A stretch of 64,000 nt of DNA from Eledone cirrhosa. Taxonomy: Eukaryota. A program made the position numbers and the translations under genes. The notes under the pieces are model-generated. The model was not told the origin of the DNA. It saw only the letters and a program-made list of their open reading frames with translations, and made no database searches. Numbering within the stretch: the stretch's first letter is position 1; every line of letters begins with the position of its first letter. Shown one piece after another: positions 25,805 to 40,794 of this stretch. Where the stretch lies: positions 20,274,001-20,338,000 of the forward strand of contig OZ024752.1 of assembly GCA_964016885.1 (NCBI GenBank), written 5' to 3'.

Positions 25805-28623
25805 ATCAGAACAACCTGCCATCCCCTGCACATAATCATAGACTGGAATCAAAGTACAAACTGTTGTCCTTGAATGCACGTAGTCTATGCAATAAGATTC
25901 ATCTTTTTGACTCCTACGTCAAAAGTATCAACCCGGACTTCATTACAGTCACGGAAACTTGGGCACATCCCTTACTCTGTGATGGGGTTTTCAGCATGAC
26001 TGGCTACAACCTGTTTCGTAAAGACCGTATTAATCGTCGTGGTGGTGGTGTAATGGTCTACGTTCGGTCAAATCTGTCGGCAATTCCTTGTGCTGATTTG
26101 AACCAATCACAGCAGGAAGTTTTTTTCTGCGATATACGTATGACCATGTCAACACTGCTACTTGGAGTCGTTTACCGTCCCCCAAATTACCATCAGGACA
26201 CTCAACTTTGTGATATCCTCAGAGCTGCTGCCAGGAAGACAGCCACTTATGTTTTCATTGCAGGTGACTTCAATCACCCTGAGATTGACTGGGAGACCTT
26301 TCGTTGGCCGCCAAGTGCAAATGACTTCCTTGAGCTGGTGCTGGACTCGAGTTGGTCCCAGGTGGTCACCTCCCCAACGAGAGGTGACAACACTTTGGAC
26401 CTACTCTTCACCACTACTCCTGAAACGGTCATTAGTGTTACTGCTGGGGAACCTTTAGGTGACTCTGATCATGCTATGATCATTGCCAATCTATCCCTCA
26501 TGGGCAGTAACAAGAACCACAACCATCTCCAAACTGCTCACTTTGACTGGAATAGAGCAGACTGGAACTGTTACTGCACCGAGTTGCAACGGCCAAACTG
26601 GCTTGAGTTCTATGACTCTGGAGATGTCAACACTGTACTCCAGAACATCCTGAGCTCAATATGGACAGCATGTGCAGCATCGGTGCCACGTAAGCGGAAA
26701 AAACATCCTAAAAGCGCAATTTGGGAGACTGCAGCAGTCCGTCTTGCCAGAAAAGAACGGCGCAATGCTGAACGTGAGTACAAACTTCACAAATCAGACA
26801 TTAATAGGAAGAGGCGAAATAGATCGTCCAACCACCTCAAACAGGTGACAAAAAAGGCAGTGCTTCAATTTGAGCAGCGCATAGCAACCAGCCCTGACAG
26901 TAAGGTGTTCTGGAAGTATGTTCACTCAAAGCAGAGGCCTCACTCTCCAGTTGGTCCTCTTCGCAATCCCCACACAAGCCAGGTTACTGACGACTCCAAG
27001 GAATGCGCAGAGCTCATTGCTGAATGCTATGCAGGCATTTTCACCATTGAAGACCAGAGTGTACCATCTCCACCACCTATGACACCGGACTCTATTACAA
27101 CCATGGAATTTACACCTGCAATGCTGCGACGTCACCTAAAAAATAAACGCAACCATGCCTCTCCTGGTCTTGATGGTGTTACGTACCTGCTTCTTAAACG
27201 TGGTGGGTACTTCCTTCTACGCCAGTTATCACGCTTCTTCCAATTCTGTCTGAACAACAGTGCTACTCCAGAACAGTGGAAAACTGCCAGTGTAATTCCT
27301 CTGTTCAAAAAGGGTGACCGCACATCACCTGTGAACTATCGTCCAGTCAGTCTTACTAGTTGCATCGCCAAACTGATGGAATCCTGTGTCAGAGAAACAC
27401 TTTGGAACTTCTGGAGCTCTCACAGTCTTATCCGGCCCTCGCAATTTGGATTTATCCCCAACTCCAGCTGCTGTGATCAACTTATAGAGTTTCTTGAGGA
27501 CATCAACCGGATCACTGATGGCGGCTCATGGGTGGATGTTGTTTACCTTGACTTTGCGAAGGCCTTCAATTCTGTGCCACACAAAAGGCTTATGGCAAAA
27601 CTCTCTGCAATGGGTGTGAAGGATGATCTTTTTAACTGGTTGAAGTCCTTCATTCTCAGTCGAAGAGAGGTAGTCACGGTTTTGGGACAGCATTCCTCAC
27701 CATATGAGATGTCATCTGGTGTACCTCAGGGATCTGTTCTTGGCCCCCTTTTGTTTGTGGCATATATTAATGACATAGATGCCAACTTAAGGAATGCCAC
27801 AGTACTAAAGTACGCAGACGACATCAAGCTGTACCTTGAGATAAAAAGGACAGATCCTGAACACTATAGATCTTGCTTGCAGTCTGACCTGGACACAATG
27901 CAACAGTGGATCTCAGACTGGCAACTCAAGCTAGCTGTGGACAAGTGCACCACCATGCATTTTGGGAGTAAAAACCCAGCGTCCACATATTCCCTCCACA
28001 GCACTAATATCAAGAAGTCTTCCTGTGAACGTGACCTGGGCATTACGGTCAGCAGCGATTTGCGTTGGACGAGGCACGTCTCTAAAATTGTCAAGAGGGC
28101 CGAGGGTGTCTTAGCATCACTCAGCAAGACCTTTGTCAGCCGCTCTCCAGATATCTATTTAAGGCTGTATACAGCTATGGTGCGACCACACTTAGAATTT
28201 GCATCACCAGTCTGGAACCCCTATCTTGCTCAGGACATTGACCGCCTGGAAACTGTTCAGAGACGTGCAACCAAGCGAATACCCTCCATCAGGCATCTAC
28301 CATACTCTGATCGCCTTGCTTCCCTGGGCATGGATTCATTGAAGCTCCGACGCCTGGCAACTGACTTGGTAAACACCCACAAAATTGTTAACCATGTTGC
28401 CAACAACAACCCTGAGTGCCTTTTCGATTTCCATGTGTCTAACACACGTGGACATGCCCACAAAGTAAGAAAACAGCACAATTCCCATGACTTTCGGAAA
28501 CATTTTTTCACGCTCAGAGTTGCTGAAGCATGGAACAAACTACCTGCATCAGTTGTTAGCTGTCGAGACGCTGCATCCTTTAAGGCCTCCATGCTTCCCG
28601 AGATCCGCCAACACTACAGCTAA
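25801..28623 (+). CDS. CR1 ORF2 (APE endonuclease + reverse transcriptase); no initiating ATG
   Basis: LNARS, VTETW, GDFN, LDL, SDH; NYRPVSLTS, YLDFAKAF, GVPQGSVLGPLLF, YADD; C-terminal RGH..K and FF..RV...WN.LP as in CR1. The frame is open from 25786. Confidence 0.95.
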   Translation, partial: LNQNNLPSPAHNHRLESKYKLLSLNARSLCNKIHLFDSYVKSINPDFITVTETWAHPLLCDGVFSMTGYNLFRKDRINRRGGGVMVYVRSNLSAIPCADLNQSQQEVFFCDIRMTMSTLLLGVVYRPPNYHQDTQLCDILRAAARKTATYVFIAGDFNHPEIDWETFRWPPSANDFLELVLDSSWSQVVTSPTRGDNTLDLLFTTTPETVISVTAGEPLGDSDHAMIIANLSLMGSNKNHNHLQTAHFDWNRADWNCYCTELQRPNWLEFYDSGDVNTVLQNILSSIWTACAASVPRKRKKHPKSAIWETAAVRLARKERRNAEREYKLHKSDINRKRRNRSSNHLKQVTKKAVLQFEQRIATSPDSKVFWKYVHSKQRPHSPVGPLRNPHTSQVTDDSKECAELIAECYAGIFTIEDQSVPSPPPMTPDSITTMEFTPAMLRRHLKNKRNHASPGLDGVTYLLLKRGGYFLLRQLSRFFQFCLNNSATPEQWKTASVIPLFKKGDRTSPVNYRPVSLTSCIAKLMESCVRETLWNFWSSHSLIRPSQFGFIPNSSCCDQLIEFLEDINRITDGGSWVDVVYLDFAKAFNSVPHKRLMAKLSAMGVKDDLFNWLKSFILSRREVVTVLGQHSSPYEMSSGVPQGSVLGPLLFVAYINDIDANLRNATVLKYADDIKLYLEIKRTDPEHYRSCLQSDLDTMQQWISDWQLKLAVDKCTTMHFGSKNPASTYSLHSTNIKKSSCERDLGITVSSDLRWTRHVSKIVKRAEGVLASLSKTFVSRSPDIYLRLYTAMVRPHLEFASPVWNPYLAQDIDRLETVQRRATKRIPSIRHLPYSDRLASLGMDSLKLRRLATDLVNTHKIVNHVANNNPECLFDFHVSNTRGHAHKVRKQHNSHDFRKHFFTLRVAEAWNKLPASVVSCRDAASFKASMLPEIRQHYS

Positions 28624-28737
28624 CACATACAAACATGTACTTCCCTGGCATTTGTGTATTATTCTATGTACTATATTGACGAGTTGTAGTGCACCTGAGC
28701 ACTTTACACAATAATTTCATTATTATTATTATTATTA

Positions 28738-31700
28738 TAATATACTGTGTGTGTCTGTGTAATATAACATAATATACTGTGTGTATCTGTGTAATATAAC
28801 ATAATATACTGTGTGTATCTGTGTAATATAACATAATATATAGTGTGTCTGTGTAATATAACATAATATACAGTGTGTCTGTGTAATATAACATAATATA
28901 CTGTGTGTATCTGTGTAATACAACATAATATACTGTGTGTCTGTGTAATACAACATAATATACTGTGTGTGTCTGTGTAATACAACATAATATACTGTGT
29001 GTCTGTGTAATATAACATGATATATAGTGTGTCTGTATAATATAACATAATATATTGTGTGTGTCTGTGTAATATAACATAATATACTGTGTGTGTCTGT
29101 GTAATACAACATAATATACTGTGTGTATCTGTGTAATACAACATAATATATAGTGTGTCTGTGTAATACAACATAATATATAATGTGTGTGTAATATAAC
29201 ATAATATATAGTGTGTCTGTGTAATACAACATAATATACTGTGTGTCTGTGTAATATAACATAATATACTGTGTGTGTCTGTGTAATACAACATAATATA
29301 CAGTGTGTGTCTGTGTAATACAACATAATATACTGTGTGTGTCTGTGTAATACAACATAATATACTGTGTGTGTCTGTGTAATATAACATAATATACTGT
29401 GTGTGTGTGTGTAATACAACATAATATACTGTGTGTCTGTGTAATATAACATAATATACTGTGTGTGTCTGTGTAATATAACATAATATACTGTGTGTAT
29501 CTGTGTAATATAACATAATATATAGTGTGTATCTGTGTAATACAACATAATATACTGTGTGTGTGTAATATAACATAATATACTGTGTGTGTCTGTGTAA
29601 TATAACATAATATACTGTGTGTATCTGTGTAATATAACATAATATATAGTGTGTCTGTGTAATATAACACATATACTGTGTGTGTCTGTGTAATATAACA
29701 TAATATACTGTGTGTATCTGTGTAATACAACATAATATACTGTGTGTGTCTGTGTAATATAACATAATATACTGTGTGTCTGTGTAATACAACATAATAT
29801 ACTGTGTGTATCTGTGTAATATAACATAATATACTGTGTGTGTCTGTGTAATACAACATAATATACTGTGTGTCTGTGTAATACAACATAATATACTGTG
29901 TGTGTGTAATATAACATAATATACTGTGTGTATCTGTGTACTATAACATAATATACTGTGTGTATCTGTGTAATATAACATAATATACTGTGTGTATCTG
30001 CGTAATATAACATAATATACTGTGTATCTGTGTAATACAACATAATATACTGTGTGTATCTGTGTAATACAACATAATATACTGTGTGTGTCTGTGTAAT
30101 ACAACATAATATACTGTGTGTATCTGTGTAATACAACATGATATATAGTGTGTCTGTATAATATAACATAATATATTGTGTGTGTCTGTGTAATATAACA
30201 TAATATACTGTGTGTGTCTGTGTAATACAACATAATATACTGTGTGTATCTGTGTAATACAACATAATATATAGTGTGTCTGTGTAATACAACATAATAT
30301 ATAATGTGTCTGTGTAATACAACATAATATATAGTGTGTCTGTGTAATACAACATAATATATAATGTGTGTCTGTGTAATACAACATAATATACTGTGTG
30401 TCTGTGTAATATAACATAATATACTGTGTGTGTCAGTGTAATACAACATAATATACTGTCTGTGTCTGTGTAATATAACATAATATACTGTGTGTATCTG
30501 TGTAATACAACATAATATACTGTGTGTCTGTGTAATATAACATAATATACTGTGTGTGTCTGTGTAATATAACATAATATACTGTGTGTATCTGTGTAAT
30601 ATAACATAATATATAGTGTGTATCTGTGTAATACAACATAATATACTGTGTGTGTGTAATATAACATAATATACTGTGTGTGTCTGTGTAATATAACATA
30701 ATATACTGTGTCTATCTGTGTAATATAACATAATATATAGTGTGTCTGTGTAATATAACACATATACTGTGTGTGTCTGTGTAATATAACATAATATACT
30801 GTGTGTATCTGTGTAATACAACATAATATACTGTGTGTGTCTGTGTAATATAACATAATATACTGTGTGTCTGTGTAATACAACATAATATACTGTGTGT
30901 ATCTGTGTAATATAACATAATATACTGTGTGTGTCTGTGTAATACAACATAATATACTGTGTGTCTGTGTAATACAACATAATATACTGTGTGTGTGTAA
31001 TATAACATAATATACTGTGTGTATCTGTGTACTATAACATAATATACTGTGTGTATCTGTGTAATATAACATAATATACTGTGTGTATCTGCGTAATATA
31101 ACATAATATACTGTGTGTATCTGTGTAATACAACATAATATACTGTGTGTATCTGTGTAATACAACATAATATACTGTGTGTGTCTGTGTAATATAACAA
31201 TATACTGTGTGTGTCTGTGTAATATAACACAATATATAGTGTGTCTGTGGAATACAACATAATATACTGTGTGTCTGTGTAATATAACATAATATATAGT
31301 GTGTCTGTGTAATACAACATAATATACTGTGTGTGTCTGTCTAATATAACATAATATACTGTGTGTATCTGTGTAATATAACATAATATACTGTGTGTAT
31401 CTGTGTAATACAACATAATATACTGTGTGTGTCTGTGTAATACAACATAATATACTGTGTGTATCTGTGTAATACAACATAATATACTCTGTGTCTGTGT
31501 AATATAACATAATATACTGTGTGTATCTGTGTAATACAACATAATATACTCTGTGTCTGTGTAATATAACATAATATACTGTGTGTATCTGTGTAATACA
31601 ACATAATATACTGTGTGTGTCTGTGTAATATAACAATATACTGTGTGTGTCTGTGTAATATAACAAAAATATATAGTGTGTCTGTGGAATACAACATAAT

Positions 31701-34700
31701 ATACTCTGTGTGTCTGTGTAATATAACATAATATACTGTGTGTGTCTGTGTAATACAACATAATATACTGTGTGTGTCTGTGTAATACAACATAATATAC
31801 TGTGTGTGTCTGTGTAATATAACATAATATACTGTGTGTCTGTGTAATACAACATAATATACTGTGTGTATCTGTGTAATATAACATAATATACTGTGTG
31901 TGTCTGTGTAATACAACATAATATACTGTGTGTCTGTGTAATACAACATAATATACTGTGTGTGTGTAATATAACATAATATACTGTGTGTATCTGTGTA
32001 CTATAACATAATATACTGTGTGTATCTGTGTAATATAACATAATATACTGTGTGTATCTGCGTAATATAACATAATATACTGTGTATCTGTGTAATACAA
32101 CATAATATACTGTGTGTATCTGTGTAATACAACATAATATACTGTGTGTGTCTGTGTAATACAACATAATATACTGTGTGTATCTGTGTAATACAACATG
32201 ATATATAGTGTGTCTGTATAATATAACATAATATATTGTGTGTGTCTGTGTAATATAACATAATATACTGTGTGTGTCTGTGTAATACAACATAATATAC
32301 TGTGTGTATCTGTGTAATACAACATAATATATAGTGTGTCTGTGTAATACAACATAATATATAATGTGTCTGTGTAATACAACATAATATATAGTGTGTC
32401 TGTGTAATACAACATAATATATAATGTGTGTCTGTGTAATACAACATAATATACTGTGTGTCTGTGTAATATAACATAATATACTGTGTGTGTCTGTGTA
32501 ATACAACATAATATACTGTGTGTGTCAGTGTAATACAACATAATATACTGTCTGTGTCTGTGTAATATAACATAATATACTGTGTGTATCTGTGTAATAC
32601 AACATAATATACTGTGTGTCTGTGTAATATAACATAATATACTGTGTGTGTCTGTGTAATATAACATAATATACTGTGTGTATCTGTGTAATATAACATA
32701 ATATATAGTGTGTATCTGTGTAATACAACATAATATACTGTGTGTGTGTAATATAACATAATATACTGTGTGTGTCTGTGTAATATAACATAATATACTG
32801 TGTCTATCTGTGTAATATAACATAATATATAGTGTGTCTGTGTAATATAACACATATACTGTGTGTGTCTGTGTAATATAACATAATATACTGTGTGTAT
32901 CTGTGTAATACAACATAATATACTGTGTGTGTCTGTGTAATATAACATAATATACTGTGTGTCTGTGTAATACAACATAATATACTGTGTGTATCTGTGT
33001 AATATAACATAATATACTGTGTGTGTCTGTGTAATACAACATAATATACTGTGTGTCTGTGTAATACAACATAATATACTGTGTGTGTGTAATATAACAT
33101 AATATACTGTGTGTATCTGTGTACTATAACATAATATACTGTGTGTATCTGTGTAATATAACATAATATACTGTGTGTATCTGCGTAATATAACATAATA
33201 TACTGTGTGTATCTGTGTAATACAACATAATATACTGTGTGTATCTGTGTAATACAACATAATATACTGTGTGTGTCTGTGTAATATAACAATATACTGT
33301 GTGTGTCTGTGTAATATAACACAATATATAGTGTGTCTGTGGAATACAACATAATATACTGTGTGTCTGTGTAATATAACATAATATATAGTGTGTCTGT
33401 GTAATACAACATAATATACTGTGTGTGTCTGTCTAATATAACATAATATACTGTGTGTATCTGTGTAATATAACATAATATACTGTGTGTATCTGTGTAA
33501 TACAACATAATATACTGTGTGTGTCTGTGTAATACAACATAATATACTGTGTGTATCTGTGTAATACAACATAATATACTCTGTGTCTGTGTAATATAAC
33601 ATAATATACTGTGTGTATCTGTGTAATACAACATAATATACTCTGTGTCTGTGTAATATAACATAATATACTGTGTGTATCTGTGTAATACAACATAATA
33701 TACTGTGTGTGTCTGTGTAATATAACAATATACTGTGTGTGTCTGTGTAATATAACAAAAATATATAGTGTGTCTGTGGAATACAACATAATATACTCTG
33801 TGTGTCTGTGTAATATAACATAATATACTGTGTGTGTCTGTGTAATACAACATAATATACTGTGTGTGTCTGTGTAATACAACATAATATACTGTGTGTG
33901 TCTGTCTAATATAACATAATATACTGTGTGAATCTGTGTAATACAACAATATACTGTGTGTGTCTGTGTAATATAACATAATATACTGTGTGTGTCTGTG
34001 TAATATAACATAATATACTGTGTGTGTCTGTGCAATACAACATAATATACTGTGTGTGTCTGTGTAATACAACATAATATACTGTGTGTCTGTGTAATAC
34101 AACATAATATACTGTGTGTGTCTGTCTAATATAACATAATATACTCTGTGTGTCTGTGTAATACAACATAATATACTGTGTGTATCTGTGTAATACAACA
34201 TAATATACTCTGTGTATCTGTGTAATACAACATAATATACTGTGTGTGTCTGTGTAATATAACATAATATACTGTGTGTGTCTGTGTAATACAACATAAT
34301 ATACTGTGTGTCTGTGTAATACAACATAATATACTGTGTGTGTCTGTGTAATATAACATAATATACTGTGTGTATCTGTGTAATATAACATAATATATAG
34401 TGTGTCTGTGTAATACAACATAATATACTGTGTGTGTCTGTGTAATATAACATAATATACTGTGTGTGTCTGTGTAATACAACATAATATACTGTGTGTC
34501 TGTGTAATACAACATAATATACTGTGTGTGTCTGTGTAATATAACATAATATACTGTGTGTATCTGTGTAATATAACATAATATATAGTGTGTCTGTGTA
34601 ATATAACATAATATACTGTGTGTCTGTGTAATATAACATAATATACCGTGTGTGTCTGTGTAATACAACATAATATACTGTGTGTATCTGTGTAATACAA

Positions 34701-37700
34701 CATAATATACTGTGTGTCTGTGTAATATAACATGATATATAGTGTGTCTGTATAATATAACATAATATATTGTGTGTGTCTGTGTAATATAACATAATAT
34801 ACTGTGTGTGTGTGTAATATAACATAATATACCGTGTGTATCTGTGTAATATAACATAATATACTGTGTGTCTGTGTAATACAACATAATATATAATGTG
34901 TCTGTGTAATACAACAATATATAATGTGTGTCTGTGTAATACAACATAATATATAATGTGTGTCTGTGTAATATAACATAATATATAGTGTGTCTGTGTA
35001 ATACAACATAATATACTGTGTGTGTCTGTGTAATATAACATAATATACTGTGTGTATCTGTGTAATATAACATAATATACTGTGTATCTGTGTAATACAA
35101 CATAATATACTGTGTGTGTCTGTGTAATACAACATAATATACTATGTGTCTGTGTAATATAACATAATATACTGTGTGTGTCTGTGTAATACAACATAAT
35201 ATACTGTGTGTCTGTGTAATATAACATAATATACTGTGTGTGTCTGTGTAATATAACATAATATACTGTGTGTATCTGTGTAATATAACATAATATACTG
35301 TGTGTATCTGTGTAATATAACATAATATATAGTGTGTCTGTGTAATATAACATAATATACTGTGTGTCTGTGTAATATAACATAATATACTGTGTGTGTC
35401 TGTGTAATACAACATAATATACTGTGTGTCTGTGTAATACAAGCTAATATACTGTGTGTGTCTGTGTAATATAACATAATATATAGTGTGTCTGTGTAAT
35501 ACAACATAATATACTGTGTGTCTGTGTAATATAACATAATATACTGTGTGTGTCTGTGTAATACAACATAATATACTGTGTGTGTCTGTGTAATACAACA
35601 TAATATACTGTGTGTGTCTGTGTAATACAACATAATACACTGTGTGTGTCGGTGTAATATAACATAATATACTGTGTGTGTCTGTGTAATACAACATAAT
35701 ATACTGTGTGTCTGTGTAATATAACATAATATACTGTGTGTGTCTGTGTAATATAACATAATATACTGTGTGTATCTGTGTAATATAACATAATATATAG
35801 TGTGTATCTGTGTAATACAACATAATATACTGTGTGTGTGTAATATAACATAATATACTGTGTGTGTCTGTGTAATATAACATAATATACTGTGTGTATC
35901 TGTGTAATATAACATAATATATAGTGTGTCTGTGTAATATAACATATATACTGTGTGTGTCTGTGTAATATAACATAATATACTGTGTGTATCTGTGTAA
36001 TATAACATAATATACTGTGTGTGTCTGTGTAATACAACATAATATACTGTGTGTGTCTGTGTAATATAACATAATATACTGTGTGTATCTGTGTAATATA
36101 ACATAATATACTGTGTGTATCTGTGTAATATAACATAATATACTGTGTGTGTCTGTGTAATACAACATAATATACTGTGTGTGTCTGTGTAATATAACAT
36201 AATATATAGTGTGTATCTGTGTAATACAACATAATATACTGTGTGTGTGTAATATAACATAATATACTGTGTGTATCTGTGTACTATAACATAATATACT
36301 GTGTGTATCTGTGTAATATAACATAATATACTGTGTGTATCTGCGTAATATAACATAATATGCTGTGTATGTGTCTGTGTAATACAACATAATATACTGT
36401 GTGTATCTGTGTAATATAACATAATATATAGTGTGTCTGTGTAATACAACATAATATACTGTGTGTATCTGTGTAATACAACATAATATACTGTGTGTGT
36501 CTGTGTAATACAACATAATATACTGTGTGTGTCTGTGTAATATAACATAATAAACTGTGTGTATCTGTGTAATATAACATAATATACTGTGTGTGTCTGT
36601 GTAATATAACATAATATACTGTGTGTGTCTGTGTAATACAACATAATATAATGTGTGTGTCTGTGTAATACAACATATATACTGTGTGTGTCTGTGTAAT
36701 ATAACATAATATATAGTGTGTCTGTGTAATATAACATAATATATAGTGGGTCTGTGTAATACAACATAATATACTGTGTGTGTCTGTGTAATATAACATA
36801 ATATACTCTGTGTGTCTGTGTAATACAACATAATATACTGTGTGTGTCTGTGTAATACAACATAATATACTGTGTGTCTGTGTAATATAACATAATATAC
36901 TGTGTGTGTCTGTGTAATACAACATAATATACTGTGTGTGTCTGTGTAATATAACATAATATACTGTGTGTATCTGTGTAATATAACATAATATACTGTG
37001 TGTGTCTGTGTAATACAACATAATATACTGTGTGTGTCTGTGTAATACAACATAATATACTGTGTGTCTGTGTAATATAACATAATATACTGTGTGTGTC
37101 TGTGTAATACAACATAATATACTGTGTGTCTGTGTAATATAACATAATATACTGTGTGTGTCTGTGTAATATAACATAATATACTGTGTGTATCTGTGTA
37201 ATATAACATAATATACTGTGTGTATCTGTGTAATATAACATAATATATAGTGTGTCTGTGTAATATAACATAATATACAGTGTGTCTGTGTAATATAACA
37301 TAATATACTGTGTGTATCTGTGTAATACAACATAATATACTGTGTGTCTGTGTAATACAACATAATATACTGTGTGTCTGTGTAATATAACATGATATAT
37401 AGTGTGTCTGTATAATATAACATAATATACTGTGTGTGTCTGTGTAATATAACATAATATACTGTGTGTGTGTGTAATATAACATAATATACTGTGTGTG
37501 TCTGTGTAATACAACATAATATACTGTGTGTATCTGTGTAATACAACATAATATATAGTGTGTCTGTGTAATACAACATAATATATAATGTGTGTGTAAT
37601 ATAACATAATATATAGTGTGTCTGTGTAATATAACATAATATACTGTGTGTGTCTGTGTAATATAACATAATATACTGTGTGTGTCTGTTTAATACAACA

Positions 37701-39096
37701 TAATATACTGTGTGTATCTGTGTAATATAACATAATATACTGTGTGTATCTGTGTAATATAACATAATATACTGTGTGTATCTGTGTAATATAACATAAT
37801 ATACTGTGTGTGTCTGTGTAATACAACATAATATACTGTGTGTATCTGTGTAATACAACATAATATATAGTGTGTCTGTGTAATACAACATAATATATAA
37901 TGTGTGTGTAATATAACATAATATATAGTGTGTCTGTGTAATATAACATAATATACTGTGTGTGTCTGTGTAATATAACATAATATACTGTGTGTGTCTG
38001 TTTAATACAACATAATATACTGTGTGTATCTGTGTAATATAACATAATATACTGTGTGTATCTGTGTAATATAACATAATATACTGTGTGTATCTGTGTA
38101 ATATAACATAATATACTGTGTGTGTCTGTGTAATACAACATAATATACTGTGTGTGTCTGTGTAATATAACATAATATACTGTGTGTGTCTGTGTAACAT
38201 AACATAATATACTGTGTGTGTCTGTGTAATATAACATAATATACTGTGTGAATCTGTGTAACATAACATAATATACTGTGTGTATCTGTGTAATACAACA
38301 TAATATACTGTGTGTGTCTGTGTAATATAACATAATATACTGTGTGTATCTGTGTAATACAACATAATATACTGTGTGTGTCTGTGTAATACAACATAAT
38401 ATACTGTGTGTCTGTGTAATATAACATAATATATAATGTGTGTCTGTGTAATATAACATAATATATTATGTTATATTACACAGACACACACAGTATATTA
38501 TGTTATATTACACAGACACACACAGTATATTATGTTATATTACACAGACACACACAGTATATTATGTTATATTACACAGATACACACAGTATACTGTGTG
38601 TGTCTGTGTAATATAACATAATATACTGTGTGTGTCTGTGTACTATAACATAATATACTGTGTGTGTCTGTGTAATACAACATAATATACTGTGTGTCTG
38701 TGTAATACATCATAATATATAGTGTGTGTGTAATACAACATAATATATAATGTGTGTCTGTGTAATATAACATAATATATAGTGTGTCTGTGTAATACAA
38801 CATAATATACTGTGTGTCTGTGTAATACAACATAATATACTGTGTGTCTGTGTAATACAACATAATATACTGTGTGTGTCTGTGTAATATAACATAATAT
38901 ACTGTGTGTGTCTGTGTAATGTAACATAATATACTCTGTGTGTCTGTGTAATGTAACATAATATACTGTGTGTGTCTGTGTAATATAACATAATATACTG
39001 TGTGTGTCTGTGTAATACAACATAATATAGTGTGTGTGCCTGTGTAATATAACATAATATATAGTGTGTGTGTCTGTGTAATATAACATAATATAT
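28738..39096. repeat. 30-32-bp satellite, main block
   Basis: Same unit as the left block. Contains a ~2.1-kb higher-order duplication and a 128-bp inversion (38464-38591). Confidence 0.98.
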
Positions 39097-39599
39097 AGTG
39101 CAATAAAGATAGACGGTAGCCACAGAATAGGCAGACCCAGAAAAACCTGGGACGAGCTGATAAATTCCGACTTCACACACACCTCTCCAAGACAATGTCA
39201 CTGGACCGAGACCTTTGGCGGTACTCAGTAATAGAGAAGACCCGCCTTACCTAAATACAAAGTAAAACCTACTACAGTCAGTAGGCATCTCTAACAAAAT
39301 ACACCCCCGTCCCACCACCCCCACCCCATCCACACCGCCCCTTTCAATGTAAAGTTATGTTGGTCCCACAACATCCAGGCCGAAACAAATGAGATCGTGT
39401 AGGTGTCACGACAAAAAAACACACAGTCCGAGGTAAAAACCTCTCAGCCCCACACTGTAAATGTGGTTGGTGTTAGGAAGGGCATCCAGCTGTAGAAAAC
39501 CCGCCAGACAGTCCTATGCGAGCAAGACAACCACTCTTGCCTCAAGTGGGAAAACTCCCGCCCAAACCCATGCAAGCGTGGAACACGGACGTTAAACGT

Positions 39600-39633
<34 letters not shown>
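39097..39633 (+). mobile_element. RTE LINE 3' fragment
   Basis: GRPRKTWDELINSD coding remnant, 3'UTR and a (GAT)n tail. Same family as 4910-5717. Confidence 0.9.
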
Positions 39634-39850
39634 AGTGTGTATCTGTGTAATATAACATAATATACTGTGTGTGTGTGTAATACAACATAATATACTGTGT
39701 GTATGTGTAATACAACATAATATACTGTGTGTGTCTGTGTAATATAACATAATATACTGTGTGTGTCTGTGTAATATAACATAATATTGCGTAATGTGTG
39801 TGTCTGTAATACAACATAATATACTGTGTGTGTCTGTGTAATATAACATA

Positions 39851-40033
39851 ATTGTTTCTACTTTAGGCACAAGGCCAGCAATTACCCAGTGTATTACTGG
39901 TACTTTATTTTATCGACCCCGTAAGGATGAAAGGCAAAGTCAACGTCGGCGGGATTTGAACTCAGATCGTAAAGGGACGTAACTATGCTGGAAAGCATGG
40001 CGTCCGACCCTCTACTGATACTGCCAATCCACC
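39851..40033 (-). mobile_element. tRNA-derived SINE
   Basis: Near-identical to 9862-10050. Confidence 0.88.
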
Positions 40034-40794
40034 ATCTGCATGTAATATAACATAATATTGTGTATTGTGTGTGTCTAATATAACAATATTGTGTAATATA
40101 ACATAATATTGTGTAATGTGTGTGTCTAATATAACAATATTGTGTAATATTTGTCTAATACAACATAATATTGTGTAATGTGGTGCAATATAACATAATA
40201 TTGTATAATGTGGTGTAATATAACATAATATTGTGTGATGTGTGTAATATAACATATTGTGTAATGTGTGTCTGTCCAATATAACATAATATTGTATAAT
40301 GTGGTGTAATATAACATAATATTGTGTAATGTGGTGTAATATAACAATATTGTGTAATGTGGTGTAATATAACATAATATTGTGTAATGTGGTGTAATAT
40401 AACATAATATTGTATAATGTGGTGTAATATAACAATATTGTGTAATGTGGTGTAATATAACAATATTGTGTAATGTGGTGTAATATAACATAATATTGTG
40501 TAATGTGGTGTAATATAACATAATAGTGTGTAATGTAGTGTAATATAACATAATAGTGTGTTATGTGGTGTAATATAACATAATAGTGTGTTATGTGGTG
40601 TAATATAACATAATATTGTGTAATGTGGTGTAATATAACAATATTGTGTAATGTGGTGTAATATAACATAATAGTGTGTAATGTGGTGTAATATAACATA
40701 ATATTGTGTAATGTGTGTGTGTCTAATATAACATAATAGTGTAATGTGGTGTAATATAACAATATTGTGTAATGTGGTGTAATATAACAATATT

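Larger units (their letters stand above)
24405..28737 (+). mobile_element. Full-length CR1-clade LINE, both ORFs intact
   Basis: 5'UTR, ORF1, ORF2 (APE endonuclease + RT), short 3'UTR and (ATT)n tail. Interrupts a satellite unit at cataat, with ataat on both sides. Confidence 0.93.
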
